A stretch of 57,321 bases of DNA, from the NCBI GenBank assembly GCA_003551065.1, contig PULU01000125.1:1-57321 (forward strand). Reading direction: 5' to 3'. The position numbers and the translations under genes are program-made. The notes under the pieces were generated by a model. That model did no database searches. It was not told the DNA's origin and saw only the letters and a program-made list of their open reading frames with translations. This document shows positions 1 to 11,352 of this stretch, piece by piece (the stretch's first letter is position 1; every line of letters starts with the position of its first letter). This stretch comes from Thermoplasmata archaeon (GTDB lineage: Archaea; Thermoplasmatota; Thermoplasmata; Halarchaeoplasmatales; Halarchaeoplasmataceae).

Positions 1-1906
1 GTGACCCTAGGGTTGCTGTATGCCGCCAGGGACGTTTTCTTGATCTTACCTTTCTTAGTTGAGAACAATAAGTACTCGTCTTCTGGGAAATCACTAACAT
101 GTAGCAGATCCTCGACTTTCTCGTCCCTTTCCAACCTAGGCAGCATGTTGACGATAGGTCTACCCTGAGTCCTGCGGCCACCTTTCGGGACCTTGTAGGC
201 TTTCAACCAATATACTCTACCTTTATTGGTGAAGAACAATAAATAATCGTGAGAGTCAACTACGAACATATCTACGACATGATCTTCATCTTTCGTATCC
301 ATACCTATAAGTCCAACTCCGCCTCTACGCTGTTTGCGGTAGGTATCCACAGGTAACCTTTTGATGTAACCACGTCGAGTCAAAGTGATCACTAACTTCT
401 CCTTAGGAATAAGATCTTCCGTTTCGACCTGCACTGCGTCCTTGTCGATCTCGGTCCTTCTATCGTCACCATATTCCTCTGCGAGTTCGTCCAACTCATC
501 CTTGATGATATCCAATATCTTCTGTTCGTCACTCAATATACTCTTGTATTCCTTGATCTTCTCTTCTATTTCCTCGTATTCCGTCTGAAGTTTATCCCTC
601 TCCAGCCCTGTTAATCTTCTTAACCTCATATCCAGGATCGCTTGGGCCTGTCTTTCACTCAATAAGAATTTAGAGACCAGTTTTCTTTTAGCTTCGGCCT
701 GATCCTCGGCTCCACGGATTATCTTTATGACTTCATCTAAGTTACTAAGAGCGGTCAACAATCCCTCAAGTATGTGTGCCCTCTCTTCAGCCTTATCTAG
801 ATCGTATTTAGTTCTGCGGGTTACAACATCGATGCGATGGTCAATATAATGCTGTATAGTATCTTTTAAAGATAATATCTCAGGTTCGTCATCAACTAAA
901 GCTAGATTGATGACTCCGAAGGTGACCTCCATCTGAGTGTGCTTGAACAATTTATTCAGGGCAACCTCTGGGAGGGTTCCTCTTTTTAGCTCCACAACGA
1001 CCCTCACACCATCTCTATCCGATTCGTCTCTAAGGTCAGACACCTCATCGAGGGTCTCTCTCTTAACAAGATCAGCTATATTTTCTACAAGAGTAGCCTT
1101 GTTGACCTGATAGGGTATCTCGTTTATTATGATCCTGCTCCTGTTACCGCCCATATCTTCGATCTTGGCCTTAGCCCGGACGGTTATCTTGCCTCTTCCT
1201 GTCTTGTATGCCTGATAAACCCCTTCGTGACCATAAATGATGCCACCTGTAGGGAAATCAGGACCAGGCATCACATCCATCAAATCCACGACATCGGATC
1301 CAGGTTCATCGATCAGCATCTTTGTTGCATCTACGAGCTCGTTAAGATTGTGTGGTGGTATGTTCGTGGACATACCCACAGCTATACCACTTGATCCGTT
1401 CAGCAGCAGATTCGGTAACTTGGAAGGGAGTACAACCGGCTCTTCAAGTGAACCATCATAATTATCACGGAATTCGACGGTCTCTTTATCTATATCCTCT
1501 AGCATCTCCTCGGCTATGGCTTCCATACGTGCTTCCGTGTAACGCATGGCAGCCGGTTCGTCACCGTCCAATGATCCAAAATTACCCTGTCCATCCACCA
1601 ATGGATAACGTAAAGAGAAATCCTGTGCCATACGCACCAACGTATCATATACAGCTTGATCACCGTGTGGATGGTACTTACCCAGTACATCACCCACCAC
1701 ACGTGCAGATTTTTTATGAGATTTACTAGAAGTTAGTCCCTCCTGCTTCATAGAGTACAATATCCTTCTATGAACAGGTTTAAGCCCGTCTCTTACATCG
1801 GGAAGTGCCCTACCGACTATAACACTCATGGCGTAGTTGATGTACGAATTTTTCATCTCTTCTTCAATGTTCTTTTCATAAACTTCATCAGCGATATCAT
1901 CGACCA
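1..1906 (-). CDS. gyrA: DNA gyrase subunit A (C-terminal part lies outside the window)
   Basis: Not in the supplied ORF track because it runs off the window edge. My translation of the minus strand from ATG at 1906 gives [53 protein letters not shown]...[22 protein letters not shown]...[10 protein letters not shown] (active-site Tyr motif). The frame stays open to position 1. It starts 11 nt downstream of gyrB. Confidence 0.93.
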
Positions 1907-1917
1907 TAAAAATAACC

Positions 1918-3921
<2,004 letters not shown>

Positions 3922-3998
3922 TTATCACTAGATTCTCAAAGTATATAATTCTTTTCACTTCACTGGGTATAAAAAAGGGATAGCTGTTGAAATGATTA

Positions 3999-4298
3999 TT
4001 ATATTTGGCCCTTAATTTTATCTATTGCCTTTCGGTCGAGATCTTTCTGATAAAGATGATCCGAAAGCAAACCTACAGCTATCAACACCAAGGTGATCCA
4101 AATTAAAAAAATTATATTGTAAAGATGGGATATCAAAAGGAGTAAGCCACCTAGTCCTGCAAAAAAGTAAGGGAGTGCAGTCCTCCAAGTCCATGGAAAT
4201 CTTACTACCATCAAAACATTCCCACAATTGCTACATGACCCTTCATCCTTTTCAAGATTAGAACACTTTTTACATACGTTACGAACGGGCATTGGCAT
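3999..4298 (-). CDS. small zinc-ribbon membrane protein (hypothetical)
   Basis: CKKC...CSNC pair followed by two hydrophobic helices (ALPYFFAGLGGLLLLISHLY, IIFLIWITLVLIAVGLL). Start moved to ATG (MPMPVRN) because an A/T-rich TATA-like stretch lies inside the longer TTG-started ORF. Confidence 0.45.
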   Translation of the reverse strand: MPMPVRNVCKKCSNLEKDEGSCSNCGNVLMVVRFPWTWRTALPYFFAGLGGLLLLISHLYNIIFLIWITLVLIAVGLLSDHLYQKDLDRKAIDKIKGQI

Positions 4299-4419
4299 TG
4301 TTATGCATTCTAAGTATATTTTTTTTACCCTTATATGATTTCCCAACTAAATTTAACATAAAATTATTAATTTTTTTGAAGATCGATATTTAATCGAATA
4401 ATTTATAATATACTTTGTT

Positions 4420-5871
4420 ATGGTGGATGTCGGTGGACATATGCCGGAAAGAAGGATCAAGGATCACCCAGTTTTAGAATTTGAACGGGGTAACGAGTTT
4501 TATTTCGATTATGAGGGGAAAAAAGTCAAAGCCTATGAAGGTGAAACTATCGCTTCCGCCCTGTATGCTGACGGACTAAGAAAATTCACGGAGAGTAAAT
4601 TGTTAGAAAGGCCTAGAGGTTTTTTCTGTGCCATAGGTAAATGTTCATCGTGTATCATGTCCGTAGATGGTGTACCACATACAAGAACATGCGTAGTTCT
4701 AGCCAAGGAAGGTATGAAAGTAGAGAATCAGGGAGCTAGACCAAAATTTCCTTTCATCGAAGTTGAAAAAGGTAAGAGGTTAGAAAGGGACATAGGGATA
4801 GCCATCGTGGGAGGCGGTCCAGCCGGTCTTACAGCAGCTATAATCGCTGCTGAACATGGTGCCGATGTACATCTCTTCGATGAAGGGGACAAGCTAGGTG
4901 GTCAATTGGTCAAACAGACCCACCAGTTCTTCGGCAGCCATACTGAAGATGCGGGTATCAGAGGCATACACATCGCAGACGAGTTGATCGAGAGAGCACA
5001 GGAACTAGGTGTGGAATTCCACAATAGATCCACCGTTTTGGGGTTCTATCCAGAAAGGACTATAGCAGTTGAACGGGATAATAGATTTGAGATATACAAT
5101 ACTGAAGGTATTATCTATGCTACTGGAGCCATCGAGAACTTCTTAGCTTTCGAGAACAACGATTTACCCGGTGTTTACGGTGCAGGAGGGGTTCAGACCC
5201 TGATGAACGAACAGGGGATAGTTCCCGGTGAAAAAGTCTTGATGATCGGATCCGGGAACGTCGGAGTTATCGTAAGTTACCAGTTGATCCAAGCAGGTGT
5301 TGACGTAGTCGAAGTAGTTGAGGCCTTACCCGAGATCGGTGGTTACCAAGTTCACGCTTCTAAACTGAGAAGAGCCGGGGTCCCGATCAACACCCGCCAC
5401 ACCATAAAGAAGGCCTTGGGAGAGGAAAAAGTAGAAGGTGCGATAGTTCAGAAGATCGATGAGAACTGGCAGCCTATAGAAGGTACGGAACGAGAAGTGG
5501 AATGCGATGTTATCTGTATAGCTGTTGGACTGCATCCGGATAATGAGTTCCTGAGGCAGGCAGGTTGCGAGATGGAATATATTCGAGAACTCGGTGGATA
5601 CGTTCCGAAAAGAACAGAAGACATGAGGACTACCACGGAAAGAGTGTACGTAGCAGGGGATTCAGCAGGCATCGAAGAAGCTACCGTTGCAGCCCTAGAG
5701 GGCAAGATAGCCGGAGCAGCTCTTACTGAAGAGGTATATGGCTCCTCAAAAGAGTTAGAAAAGAAGAAAGAAGAGGCCAAGAAGAGTTTAGAACAGATGA
5801 GGATGGGTCCTTATGGTGAGGCACCCAGACAAGGTGTAAAGATGTGTACAGTAGATGAGGAGGTGTGCTGA
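4420..5871 (+). CDS. 2Fe-2S/FAD/NAD-binding oxidoreductase, alpha-like subunit of a proline dehydrogenase / sarcosine-opine oxidase type complex
   Basis: N-terminal Cys cluster FFCAIGKCSSCIMSVDG. Rossmann motifs IAIVGGGPAGLTAA and MIGSGNVGV. C-terminal VYVAGDSAG. Alternative start at ATG 4441 (MPERRIKDHP). Confidence 0.72.
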   Translation: MVDVGGHMPERRIKDHPVLEFERGNEFYFDYEGKKVKAYEGETIASALYADGLRKFTESKLLERPRGFFCAIGKCSSCIMSVDGVPHTRTCVVLAKEGMKVENQGARPKFPFIEVEKGKRLERDIGIAIVGGGPAGLTAAIIAAEHGADVHLFDEGDKLGGQLVKQTHQFFGSHTEDAGIRGIHIADELIERAQELGVEFHNRSTVLGFYPERTIAVERDNRFEIYNTEGIIYATGAIENFLAFENNDLPGVYGAGGVQTLMNEQGIVPGEKVLMIGSGNVGVIVSYQLIQAGVDVVEVVEALPEIGGYQVHASKLRRAGVPINTRHTIKKALGEEKVEGAIVQKIDENWQPIEGTEREVECDVICIAVGLHPDNEFLRQAGCEMEYIRELGGYVPKRTEDMRTTTERVYVAGDSAGIEEATVAALEGKIAGAALTEEVYGSSKELEKKKEEAKKSLEQMRMGPYGEAPRQGVKMCTVDEEVC

Positions 5872-6348
5872 ATGTCGGATTATAAGAGTACCGGAGTGAT
5901 ATCTTTAGATGATATCGAAGTTCCCAGCGATGAAAGATTGAAAGCAGGTCCGGTAGTGATAATTGAATGTGTTGAGAACATACCCTGTGATCCTTGTGTT
6001 GCCGCCTGCCCAAAAGAAGCCATATCCATGGATATCATAACCGACGTTCCTGATATCGATTTTGAGGAATGTATCGGCTGCGCTTTATGTGTTACAGAAT
6101 GTCCCGGTCTAGCGATCTTCGTGGTTGACTGCAGTTACAGCGATGAAAAATGTAAAATCACAGTTCCTTACGAGTACTTACCCGTCCCTGATAAGGGTGA
6201 AATGGTTTACGCTTTAGATAAACGTGGGGATAGGGTACAGAAAGCAGAAGTTGTGAACGTGAGACAATCGGGTAAGACTTACGGTATAACCATGGAGGTC
6301 GATAAAGGGAACGTTTGGTCCGTTCGGGGATTAGAGGTGATGGAATGA
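5872..6348 (+). CDS. ferredoxin-like Fe-S subunit (delta-like)
   Basis: Cys motifs CDPCVAACP and CIGCALCVTECP. The ATG directly abuts the upstream TGA. Confidence 0.62.
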   Translation: MSDYKSTGVISLDDIEVPSDERLKAGPVVIIECVENIPCDPCVAACPKEAISMDIITDVPDIDFEECIGCALCVTECPGLAIFVVDCSYSDEKCKITVPYEYLPVPDKGEMVYALDKRGDRVQKAEVVNVRQSGKTYGITMEVDKGNVWSVRGLEVME

Positions 6349-6620
6349 CTGTAGTTATCTGTAGATGTGAGGACCTTACTGAGGATGATATAGTCGAAGC
6401 CATCGAGAAGGGATACGATGAGCTAGAAACTTTGAAGAGACACCTAAGGATGGGCATGGGTCCGTGCCAGGGTAAGAGTTGTATCCCATTAGCTGAAAGG
6501 ATATTGTGTCGAGAAACCGGGAAGAGTCCCGATGATATCAGAGAACCTACTTCTAGACCACCTAACAAACCAGTTCCTTTTGCATTACTAGCTTCCGAGG
6601 AGGTCGATGACCATGAGTGA
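6345..6620 (+). CDS. small BFD-like [2Fe-2S]-binding subunit (gamma-like)
   Basis: VICRCEDLT...GMGPCQGKSC pattern. Start moved from TTG 6315 to ATG 6345, which forms an ATGA overlap with the upstream stop. Confidence 0.62.
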   Translation: MTVVICRCEDLTEDDIVEAIEKGYDELETLKRHLRMGMGPCQGKSCIPLAERILCRETGKSPDDIREPTSRPPNKPVPFALLASEEVDDHE

Positions 6621-7758
6621 AGAGGCTGGGGTTGTGATCATAGGAGCTGGAGTTAACGGTCTTGGAACCGCTTACCATCTTGGAAAGATGGGTTACGATG
6701 ATGTTGTGGTTCTTGACAAATCGTACATATGTTCCGGAGCTAGCGGCAGGAACGGAGGAGGTATCCGTCAGCAGTGGACCTCCGAGGAAAACATCAAGTT
6801 AGCTTTAGAAAGTCGAAAGATGTTCGAAAAATTGAATGAAGAATTGGAACAGGATCTAGAATTTTATCAGGGCGGGTATTTGGTTTTAGCTTTCGATGAA
6901 GACGAGTCTAAAGATTTCAAAAAGAACGTGAAACTTCAGAACAGCTTGGGTGTTGAGAGCCAATATTTAACTCCGGAAGAAGCTAAAGAGATAGTTCCTG
7001 AGTTGAACATCTCGGACGTCGTGGCCGCTACTTTCAACCAAACCGATGGTACGATCTATCCTTTTAAAGTCGTAAATGGTTATGCCAATCGTGTTAGAGA
7101 GATGGGGATCGATATACGGGATCACACAGAAGTATTGGATATCGTCACCGAAGGCGATGAGATCAAGAAGGTCAAAACCGAGGCCGGAGATATCAAGACA
7201 GATACTGTAGTTAACGCCGCCGGTGGTTGGTCGTCTCAAATCGCAGAGATGGCCGGTGCCGAAATTCCCAACAAGCCGGTAAGGCACGAGATAATGGTGA
7301 CGGAACCTTACAAGCGTTTTTTGGAACCCATGGTCATATCATTCAAACACGGTATATATTTCAGTCAGAGTGAGCACGGGAACGTAGTAGGCGGGATGGG
7401 CAATCCCGATGAAGAGGTCGGTGTGAATCAGACTGGAAGTCTATGGTTCATGAAGAACTTCTCGAAAACACTCATAGATTTCATCCCAAGGTTCAGCGGT
7501 GTGAACATGATACGACAGTGGGCCGGTCTTTACGATACCACACCAGATGCACAACCTATTTTGGGAACTGTTCCAGAAGTTGAACGGTTCTACCAGATCA
7601 ACGGTTTCAGCGGTCACGGCTTCATGGTTTCACCGGTCGTTGACAAAGTTACAGCAGAATTGATACTGGGTAAAGAGCCTTCTATGGACATCGATAGGTT
7701 GAGTGTCGATAGGTTCGAGGCCGATGACTTCGAGGCCGAAGGAGCGGTAGTCGGATAG
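6607..7758 (+). CDS. FAD-dependent amino-acid oxidoreductase, beta-like subunit (DAO family; proline dehydrogenase / sarcosine oxidase beta-like)
   Basis: N-terminal VVIIGAGVNGLGTAYHL dinucleotide fold. DAO-family length of about 380 aa. Overlaps the preceding gene by 14 nt. Confidence 0.8.
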   Translation: MTMSEEAGVVIIGAGVNGLGTAYHLGKMGYDDVVVLDKSYICSGASGRNGGGIRQQWTSEENIKLALESRKMFEKLNEELEQDLEFYQGGYLVLAFDEDESKDFKKNVKLQNSLGVESQYLTPEEAKEIVPELNISDVVAATFNQTDGTIYPFKVVNGYANRVREMGIDIRDHTEVLDIVTEGDEIKKVKTEAGDIKTDTVVNAAGGWSSQIAEMAGAEIPNKPVRHEIMVTEPYKRFLEPMVISFKHGIYFSQSEHGNVVGGMGNPDEEVGVNQTGSLWFMKNFSKTLIDFIPRFSGVNMIRQWAGLYDTTPDAQPILGTVPEVERFYQINGFSGHGFMVSPVVDKVTAELILGKEPSMDIDRLSVDRFEADDFEAEGAVVG

Positions 7759-8355
7759 ATGTGGGAAGCACTGTTTTTGTTAGGGGCCACTGTCGTAATA
7801 TCTCTGAGTGGAGTGATGATGCCTGGTCCGGTCACTGCGGGTGCCATAGCCAAAGGTGCGGAGGATAAGAAAGCCGGAATCAAGATAGCTCTCGGTCACG
7901 CTTTTGTTGAGTTTCCAGTTATCGCTCTAGTAGCTGTCGGTTTAACATTCATCGCTTCCTGGGAAGCAAAAGCGGTTATTGGAGTGGTCGGAGGCGCTTT
8001 ACTTGTATATTTAGGTATCCAACTTTTCAAACCCGTTGAGAATGAAGAAAAGCGTTTTCCATACTCTCCGACTATCGTAGGAGTTATGACCAGTGCAGCA
8101 AATCCATACTTCTTCATATGGTGGGCAACAGTTGGGGCTGCGTTGATAACTAGGGCCCTAGAGTTTGGTGTGCTGTTTTTAATGGTCTTTGCTGTTGTTC
8201 ACTGGTCATGTGATCTGGTTTGGGATACGTTCTTGACCTATTCTTCTCACAGCACACTTGATCACTTGTACAAGCATAGGAGGGGAGTATTCGCAGCCTG
8301 CGGAGCGTTGACGTTAATATTTGGCCTTTGGTTCATCATATCCCCATTCTTTTAA
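7759..8355 (+). CDS. LysE/RhtB-family amino-acid translocator
   Basis: About six hydrophobic helices. N-terminal MPGPVT segment and ANPYFFIWW motif are typical of LysE-type exporters. The ATG abuts the upstream TAG. Confidence 0.68.
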   Translation: MWEALFLLGATVVISLSGVMMPGPVTAGAIAKGAEDKKAGIKIALGHAFVEFPVIALVAVGLTFIASWEAKAVIGVVGGALLVYLGIQLFKPVENEEKRFPYSPTIVGVMTSAANPYFFIWWATVGAALITRALEFGVLFLMVFAVVHWSCDLVWDTFLTYSSHSTLDHLYKHRRGVFAACGALTLIFGLWFIISPFF

Positions 8356-8494
8356 ATTTACATATTTATTTTAAAGAACCATTCGCATCTTAACCGTAAA
8401 ATTTCCGTCGGATACAACTAGAAGTCGAGAAATCCTGAACTCGTTTCAGAAAAAACTTATAAGTAATATTCGGTCTTGAAGTATATGATCACAG

Positions 8495-9442
8495 ATGGAA
8501 ACAACAGCTAGTTCAGAGAAAGATGTTAAGGATAAAGAATTTAAACGCGATGATAGTTTTAGCAGACCTATCGATATTGGTTATGAAAGGATATGTGATT
8601 GTAAAGGATCTCATATAAATTGTATGACTGCTAAGGAATGGGTAAAATCACAGATCGGTGTTTGGGAATTTTTTTATGAAAAACGAGATATCAGGGATAA
8701 AGAAAAACATCCTGCAGCTTATCCTATCTCTCTCTCTACAAAAGTTATTAAATTATTTACACACGAAGGGGAATTAGTTGTTGATCCATTTGTGGGTAGC
8801 GGCACGACTCTCGTTTCCGCCCAAGATTTGAATAGAAACGCAGTCGGTTTTGATATCAATAAAGATTACGTTGAATTAGCAAAATCAAGGTTGAGTCAGA
8901 CCAGGTTGACCGACCATAGCGGAAAAAAGACTGAACAGATAGTGATTGAAGATGATGCGAGAAATGCTTACGAATATTTCGATGACGAGCAAATATCTTT
9001 GACGATCACCTCACCCCCTTATTCAAATCTATTAAATAGAAAGAGAAAAAATAAAAGCCGTAGAGGTGAGGATAGGAAAAACGATCAGTATGATAAAGTA
9101 GAACAGTATAGCCAGAGTGAAAATGATTTAGGGGTTTTAGGTATTGAAAAATTTTCAAAGGCTATGGAAGAAATTTATGAAAAATTATTACCTAAGATGA
9201 AAATCAAAGGCCATAATGTTATCAATGTCGCTGATATGTGGTGGGAAAATACAAGGATTCCGATCCACATCTATGTGATAGAAGCTATGGAAAATGCTGG
9301 ATACGAGTTGAGAAATACTATAATATGGGATAGAACAAACATTGTAAATAACGTCGGTATTTTTGGTTGGCCATCGAATTACATAACGATGGGAACTACT
9401 TTTGAATATATCCTTGATTTTTGGAGGCCCCCTGATGAGTAG
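8495..9442 (+). CDS. N4-cytosine/N6-adenine DNA methyltransferase (PF01555-like, motif order permuted)
   Basis: HPAAYPISL...VVDPFVGSGTTLV (SAM motif I, codons from 8783) lies upstream of LTITSPPYSNL (catalytic motif IV, 9011-9022). The C-terminal IIWDRTN...FEYILDFWRP is typical of this family. Confidence 0.85.
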   Translation: METTASSEKDVKDKEFKRDDSFSRPIDIGYERICDCKGSHINCMTAKEWVKSQIGVWEFFYEKRDIRDKEKHPAAYPISLSTKVIKLFTHEGELVVDPFVGSGTTLVSAQDLNRNAVGFDINKDYVELAKSRLSQTRLTDHSGKKTEQIVIEDDARNAYEYFDDEQISLTITSPPYSNLLNRKRKNKSRRGEDRKNDQYDKVEQYSQSENDLGVLGIEKFSKAMEEIYEKLLPKMKIKGHNVINVADMWWENTRIPIHIYVIEAMENAGYELRNTIIWDRTNIVNNVGIFGWPSNYITMGTTFEYILDFWRPPDE

Positions 9443-10520
9443 AGTTCAGGAACTGAGAGATGATGAGGATATAGAAGTTATAGAAAAAACGTTGAAGAAT
9501 CCCTTTGATAAAACTTACTGGTTCGCTAGAATGCTTATACAATCAGATAGATATGGGGGTATAGGAACCAAAAGTGGGTTGATGATCGAGGGAGCAGAAA
9601 TAATCAACGAAATGCATTCTAGAAAAGATAAATTCGATCTAGATAATGCTAAAACGACAATATTTGATTTATTGGTTGAATCAAGAAGTGAAGGAACAAA
9701 AGTTAGAAGAGAGGCAAATAGATTGACTGTTGATTTGGACCCTATGATAGAAAAATGGGAGGACCTGTTAATATTGGGATTAACGATGAAACATGTAGTC
9801 ACACCCATTAATAGAATGTTAGATGAAATTCCAAGCAGTGATGTTGAGATCGCTAAACCGATAGCTAAAGCTTACCTAGATAAATACGATGAGCAAGGAC
9901 TTGAAGATGTAATTGAAATTTGGGACGATTTAGGTATGAAAGGATGTATCAGCGTAGAAAGAGCTCAAATTGTCGAGGGATTTGGGATTTTAAGAGAAAT
10001 TTTAAGAAAAAAGGATTTCATAAAAAATCAAGATGAGATGGATTATGTTATGACTGCGTTTGTCCAGGAATTCGAAAGAAGGGCCGGTCAAAAAAGAAAA
10101 GGAAGAGGAGGAAGAAGTCTGGAAGATGTGACAGGTTTTATCTTAAATTACTTTGATATTACTGATGTTGAGTTAGTACCAGAGCATATCCGAGCTAGTT
10201 TGGAGGTGGATAAGTTAGTCGAATGTGATGATGGTTGGCATGTTGCTATTTCATGTAAAAGAACTTTTAGGGAAAGATGGAAACAGTCTTTTACAGAGAA
10301 CGTAAAAACTCTTGATGAAAATAAAATCAAAAGAATATGGCACCTCATCACCTATGATAGAGATCTGACTAAAAATAAAATAATTGAAATGGGAAAACAC
10401 AGGTGTATTATATATCTCCCCGATAATTCAAGAATTCTAAATAAAAAAGATGAAGAAATCAAAAAATATGTTAGACCCATGAGTTCTTTTGTGGAAGATA
10501 TCAAACACGAAGTAAACTAG
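9435..10520 (+). CDS. putative type II restriction endonuclease, cognate to the upstream methyltransferase
   Basis: ATG at 9435 overlaps the methyltransferase stop by 8 nt (GATGAGTAG). The C-terminal segment EVDKLVE...AISCKRTFRERWKQ (10245-10286) resembles the K-x-T-x-[KR]-[DE]-R-W-[KR]-Q signature I recall from PD-(D/E)xK type II enzymes. No other recognisable domain. Confidence 0.55.
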   Translation: MSRVQELRDDEDIEVIEKTLKNPFDKTYWFARMLIQSDRYGGIGTKSGLMIEGAEIINEMHSRKDKFDLDNAKTTIFDLLVESRSEGTKVRREANRLTVDLDPMIEKWEDLLILGLTMKHVVTPINRMLDEIPSSDVEIAKPIAKAYLDKYDEQGLEDVIEIWDDLGMKGCISVERAQIVEGFGILREILRKKDFIKNQDEMDYVMTAFVQEFERRAGQKRKGRGGRSLEDVTGFILNYFDITDVELVPEHIRASLEVDKLVECDDGWHVAISCKRTFRERWKQSFTENVKTLDENKIKRIWHLITYDRDLTKNKIIEMGKHRCIIYLPDNSRILNKKDEEIKKYVRPMSSFVEDIKHEVN

Positions 10521-10599
10521 ATCATGAGTTAAGAGGTTATCTTTTTTAAATATGGTTGGAAAAATTTTACTTGCCCGTTGTCGAGCTTTATTAGGACTA

Positions 10600-10872
10600 T
10601 CATCGTATGTACTTTTCCGCATCATCTATTTCATTTTCGATCTCATCGATATCCAGCAAAGTATAGAGTTTCATCTTCCTTTTTCCCAGTTCATTCAAAA
10701 ATTCATCGTATGAAAGATCGGCCAACTCGGCAGCCTTACCTGCTGATATCCTACCCTCACGGTAAAGCTCAAGAGCTATCAATAATTTACCCTCACTTTG
10801 GATCTCTTTTTCTCCCTTGAGATCAAGTATCTCTGAGATATCGTTAGGGACTTTGACGGAAATTTTAGACAT
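10600..10872 (-). CDS. UPF0175-family antitoxin-like protein
   Basis: 90 aa. The segment LLIALELYREGRISAGKAAELADLSYDEFLNELGKR matches the HTH-like core of archaeal UPF0175 antitoxins. No toxin ORF lies adjacent. Confidence 0.6.
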   Translation of the reverse strand: MSKISVKVPNDISEILDLKGEKEIQSEGKLLIALELYREGRISAGKAAELADLSYDEFLNELGKRKMKLYTLLDIDEIENEIDDAEKYIR

Positions 10873-11109
10873 TCATCTCACCTTGATTTCGATAACATTC
10901 AATCGTTCAATTCTGTATTAACACATTTGGATCCATATCAAATCTAAGATATATTGATGCCGGATATGATTGACCTGAAGCCTGTCTAAGTGGAATTCGT
11001 GATGTGGTTATCACTAATTTGAGCCGTAGTAAATGTTGTTTCTAAGTAAAACATCGAACCCGAAAAGAAAACTATTAAAGAGCCCCTAGATATACCTCCC
11101 TGTGGTTAC

Positions 11110-11352
11110 ATGGTAGTCGCGAAAGTCGTTATCGAACTGAAAGAAGGGGTAGCTGACCCCGAGGGTATGAACACGAAGAAAGCTTTGAAACTCCTGGGTT
11201 GGGACGTAGAAGATGTCAGATCAGGTAAAGTCTTCGAGATAGATTTTGGTGAAGATATTACCGTCGAGGAAGCTGAAAAGGAAACCGAAGAGATGTGTAA
11301 AAGACTCCTGGCAAATCCCGTTATCCAGACCTACGATATCGAGATGAAGTAG
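11110..11352 (+). CDS. purS: phosphoribosylformylglycinamidine synthase subunit PurS
   Basis: 80 aa. KVVIELKEGVADPEGMNTKKALKLLG...LANPVIQTYDIE is typical of PurS. It sits directly upstream of purL. Confidence 0.85.
   Translation: MVVAKVVIELKEGVADPEGMNTKKALKLLGWDVEDVRSGKVFEIDFGEDITVEEAEKETEEMCKRLLANPVIQTYDIEMK

Noticed and set aside
10437-10625. 62-aa minus-strand ORF as the missing toxin partner of the UPF0175 antitoxin
   Set aside because: It overlaps the 3' end of the putative endonuclease and is F/I/K-rich low complexity. It shows no PIN-like acidic residue pattern.
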